NCBI GenBank assembly: GCA_046757025.1
Contig: JBHHXN010000107.1
Span: forward strand, 1-18,277
DNA: 18,277 nucleotides
From: a bacterium
GTDB taxonomy: Bacteria; Zhuqueibacterota; Zhuqueibacteria; Oceanimicrobiales; Oceanimicrobiaceae
Reading direction: 5' to 3'
Shown piece after piece: positions 15,895-18,277 of this stretch (the stretch's first letter is position 1; the number at the start of each line of letters is the position of its first letter). The notes under the pieces are model-generated. The model saw only the letters and a program-made list of their open reading frames with translations, was not told the DNA's origin and did not search any database. Both the position numbers and the translations under genes were made by a program.

Positions 15895-16488
15895 TCAATA
15901 CGACAGATAAAGCAACGGGAACAAAAATATCCAGATGATGTCCACAAAGTGCCAGTAGAGTCCGGCGTACTCAACCCGCTGCTGGGTTTTTGGCCAGAGC
16001 GTACCACGCACGGCCATGACATACAGCGCCAGGTTAAAAATAATTCCTGCCAGAACATGCAGTCCGTGCAGGCCGGTCATGGCATAGTAAAATGACCAGA
16101 AAATGCCGGTCACCGGGGTAAAGCCATTTGAGATTTCAATGGAATATTCAATTCCCTTTACGACTAAAAAAGCAACTCCCAAAAGAACGGTGACCAACAG
16201 CAAATTTTGGGCTTTTTTTCTTTGTTCTTTGTCGATGGCTTCAAACGCTTTCACGATGGTCAGGCTGCTGGTCAACAGCACTACCGTATTGAAAGTACCG
16301 ATAGGGGCGCTGACATGATGCGCCATTTCCGACCAGGCCCCCGCGGCGGCCATTCGGAATAAAACATAGGTTGCAATGAAACCTCCGAAAACCATAATTT
16401 CAGAAGCCAAAAACCACCAGATTCCCATTTTACCCGGAACCGTGGGGGATTTGGGATAATCTTCCGCTGCAGAAATGCTGCTCATCAT
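15895..16488 (-). CDS. ctaE: Heme-copper oxidase subunit III (short form, first copy)
   Basis: GIWWFLASEIMVF, NTVVLLTSS, TGLHGLHV and GLYWHFVDIIW motifs; aaggag RBS. Confidence 0.92.
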   Translation of the reverse strand: MMSSISAAEDYPKSPTVPGKMGIWWFLASEIMVFGGFIATYVLFRMAAAGAWSEMAHHVSAPIGTFNTVVLLTSSLTIVKAFEAIDKEQRKKAQNLLLVTVLLGVAFLVVKGIEYSIEISNGFTPVTGIFWSFYYAMTGLHGLHVLAGIIFNLALYVMAVRGTLWPKTQQRVEYAGLYWHFVDIIWIFLFPLLYLSY

Positions 16489-16522
16489 TTTATCTCCTTA
16501 CAATTTTTCCATTTTGTTAATT

Positions 16523-18256
16523 TCAAGCGGCCGCGACCGGCTCTTTTTCTTGATCCTGCGGCTGCCAATCCGCTTTGTTTTCGGGCAAGCTGTAGTCGTA
16601 CGGACCGTGATAAACGGTGGGTACGGTGGCAAAGTTTCCGTGCGGCGGCGGTGAGGGCGCCGACCATTCCAGAGTGTTCGCCTGCCAGGGATTGTTCTCG
16701 GCTTTCCTGCCTTTGAACATACTCCAGAAGAAATTGATGACAAATGGAATTTGCCCGACCAAAAGCAATATGGCACAAATCGTAATAAATTCATTGATCC
16801 CTTGTAAGGGCTTGAGAAAATCATATTGCAGAGGGTTATAAATTCTGCGCACATGACCGGCCATTCCCAGTACAAACATCGGGATGAACACCAGATTAAA
16901 AAACACCAGAGTCCACCAGAAATGAATTTTACCCAGAACTTCGTTCATCATGCGTCCGAACATTTTGGGGAACCAGAAATAAAGCCCGGCAAATCCGCCT
17001 AAAAGAGCGGCCGGAAACAACGTGTAGTGAAAATGCGCGATGACAAAATAAGTGTCGTGAATATAGATGTCCACCGGTGCCGAGCCGTTAAAAATGCCGG
17101 TCACGCCGCCAATGATAAAGGTGGTGATGGTTCCCAGCGCAAAGAGCATGGGCGTGGGGAAACGCAGCGATCCTCCCCAAAGCGTGGCCATAAACGCAAA
17201 TATAATGATGGCAAACGGCACCGAGATCAAAATCGTGGTGATGCTGAAAGGCATGACCAGGCGCGGGTCGATGCCGCTCACAAACATGTGATGCGCCCAG
17301 ACGATAAAACTCAACACGCCGGCGACGATGGTTGAATAGATGATGGTGCGGTAGCCAAAAATGGGCTTGCGTGCAAAAGTGGGAAAAATTTCCAGCAATG
17401 CCCCGAGACCGGGCAGCAGAATCACATAAACTTCAGGATGACCAAAAAACCAGAACAGATGCTGCCACAACAGCGGATCGCCGCCGCGGTCCGCGATGAA
17501 AAAGCCGGTGCCCACGGTTCGATCCAGCAGTAGTAAAATGGCGCCGGCAATGAGGGGGCCGACCGACAGCATGAAAAGCACCGCCGCGGTGATCTGCATC
17601 CACACCATAAGCGGCAGCCGAAACATGGTGAGTCCGGGTGCGCGCATGGTGATGGTGGTGGTGAGAAAATTGATACCGCCCATCAAAAAGGACGTAAATT
17701 CCAGGGCCAGCGCCAGAATCCACAGATTGATGCCCCAGTTGACGCCGGTATGAATGGCGTCGGCAGAAAGTGGGGCATAACCTGTCCAGCCCGCGGCAGC
17801 CGCGCCTCCCGGCACCAGGAACGAGGCCATCAAAATCAGAGACGACAGGAACAACGTCCAGAAGGACATCATGTTTAAGCGCGGGAAAGCCATGTCCTGC
17901 GCGCCCACCATCAGGGGCAGCAGAAAATTGCCAAAGGCGCCCAGCAGAAACGGCATGGCCACAAAAAACACCATGATGGTGCCGTGCATGGTCACCAGCG
18001 CGTTGTAAAATTCCGGCGGAATAATGCCGCCAAATGCCGTGGGTTCCGGAATCCAGCCCGCGCCCGGCACCGCGGTTTCAGGCCAGGCAAGCTGCCAGCG
18101 CATCATGTAAGCCAACAATCCGCCGACGATGGCCATAAACAGGCTCAAAAACAAATACTGCTTTCCGATCACTTTGTGATCTACCGAGAAAATGTATTTG
18201 CGCCAAAATCCCAGAGGTTCTGTATGTTCAACTTCCGTGGTTACTTGTTCGGTCAT
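16523..18256 (-). CDS. ctaD: Heme-copper oxidase subunit I, A1-type motif with atypical proton channels; start is probably the ATG at 18256
   Basis: DHKVIG, HGTIMVFF, DMAFPRLN, GWTGYAPL, WFFGHPEVY, VWAHHMF, HDTYFVIAHFHY and RR motifs; ggagg 5 nt before the ATG at 18256. Confidence 0.95.
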   Translation of the reverse strand: MTEQVTTEVEHTEPLGFWRKYIFSVDHKVIGKQYLFLSLFMAIVGGLLAYMMRWQLAWPETAVPGAGWIPEPTAFGGIIPPEFYNALVTMHGTIMVFFVAMPFLLGAFGNFLLPLMVGAQDMAFPRLNMMSFWTLFLSSLILMASFLVPGGAAAAGWTGYAPLSADAIHTGVNWGINLWILALALEFTSFLMGGINFLTTTITMRAPGLTMFRLPLMVWMQITAAVLFMLSVGPLIAGAILLLLDRTVGTGFFIADRGGDPLLWQHLFWFFGHPEVYVILLPGLGALLEIFPTFARKPIFGYRTIIYSTIVAGVLSFIVWAHHMFVSGIDPRLVMPFSITTILISVPFAIIIFAFMATLWGGSLRFPTPMLFALGTITTFIIGGVTGIFNGSAPVDIYIHDTYFVIAHFHYTLFPAALLGGFAGLYFWFPKMFGRMMNEVLGKIHFWWTLVFFNLVFIPMFVLGMAGHVRRIYNPLQYDFLKPLQGINEFITICAILLLVGQIPFVINFFWSMFKGRKAENNPWQANTLEWSAPSPPPHGNFATVPTVYHGPYDYSLPENKADWQPQDQEKEPVAAA

Positions 18257-18277
18257 TTCATCCTCCAATTATAGTAT

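Noticed and set aside
16523..18256. Subunit I as a pseudogene or a classical cNOR/qNOR
   Set aside because: The frame and ligands are intact, and it has HPEVY with the cross-link Tyr rather than the NOR HLWVE motif.
317..18274. Many antisense and alternate-frame ORFs in the track (e.g. 3516-4076, 7950-8606, 13229-13765, 13555-14004)
   Set aside because: They overlap well-supported genes and carry no recognisable motifs; treated as shadow ORFs.

Overview
Bacterial core-metabolism window with moderate GC and AT-rich intergenic spacers. Left to right it holds: a radical SAM protein of the COG0731/TYW1-like type; a 72-aa four-Cys protein; a 2-oxoacid:ferredoxin oxidoreductase operon of the VorC-VorB-VorA type; a stand-alone receiver; a sigma54 (NtrC-type) activator; a soluble four-PAS histidine kinase; PPi-dependent phosphofructokinase divergent from ATP-dependent PEP carboxykinase; a ThiO-like glycine oxidase; and the 3' part of a heme-copper oxidase operon (subunit I, two short subunit III genes, subunit IV, two small membrane proteins). 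The strongest candidate for something undescribed is oxidase subunit I. It keeps all metal ligands and the A1-type GHPEVY motif, but three K-proton-channel residues (Lys, Thr, Ser) are replaced by hydrophobic residues and an extra Glu sits in the D-channel. Two other things stand out. First, the kinase combines a NifL-like PAS with a FixL-like heme PAS, and a candidate enhancer plus sigma54 promoter lies just downstream of its activator. Second, two intergenic regions are built from nested MITE/REP palindromes, one with a clean 9-bp target-site duplication. No CRISPR array, tRNA, rRNA or transposase was seen. All alignments were made by eye against remembered reference motifs.
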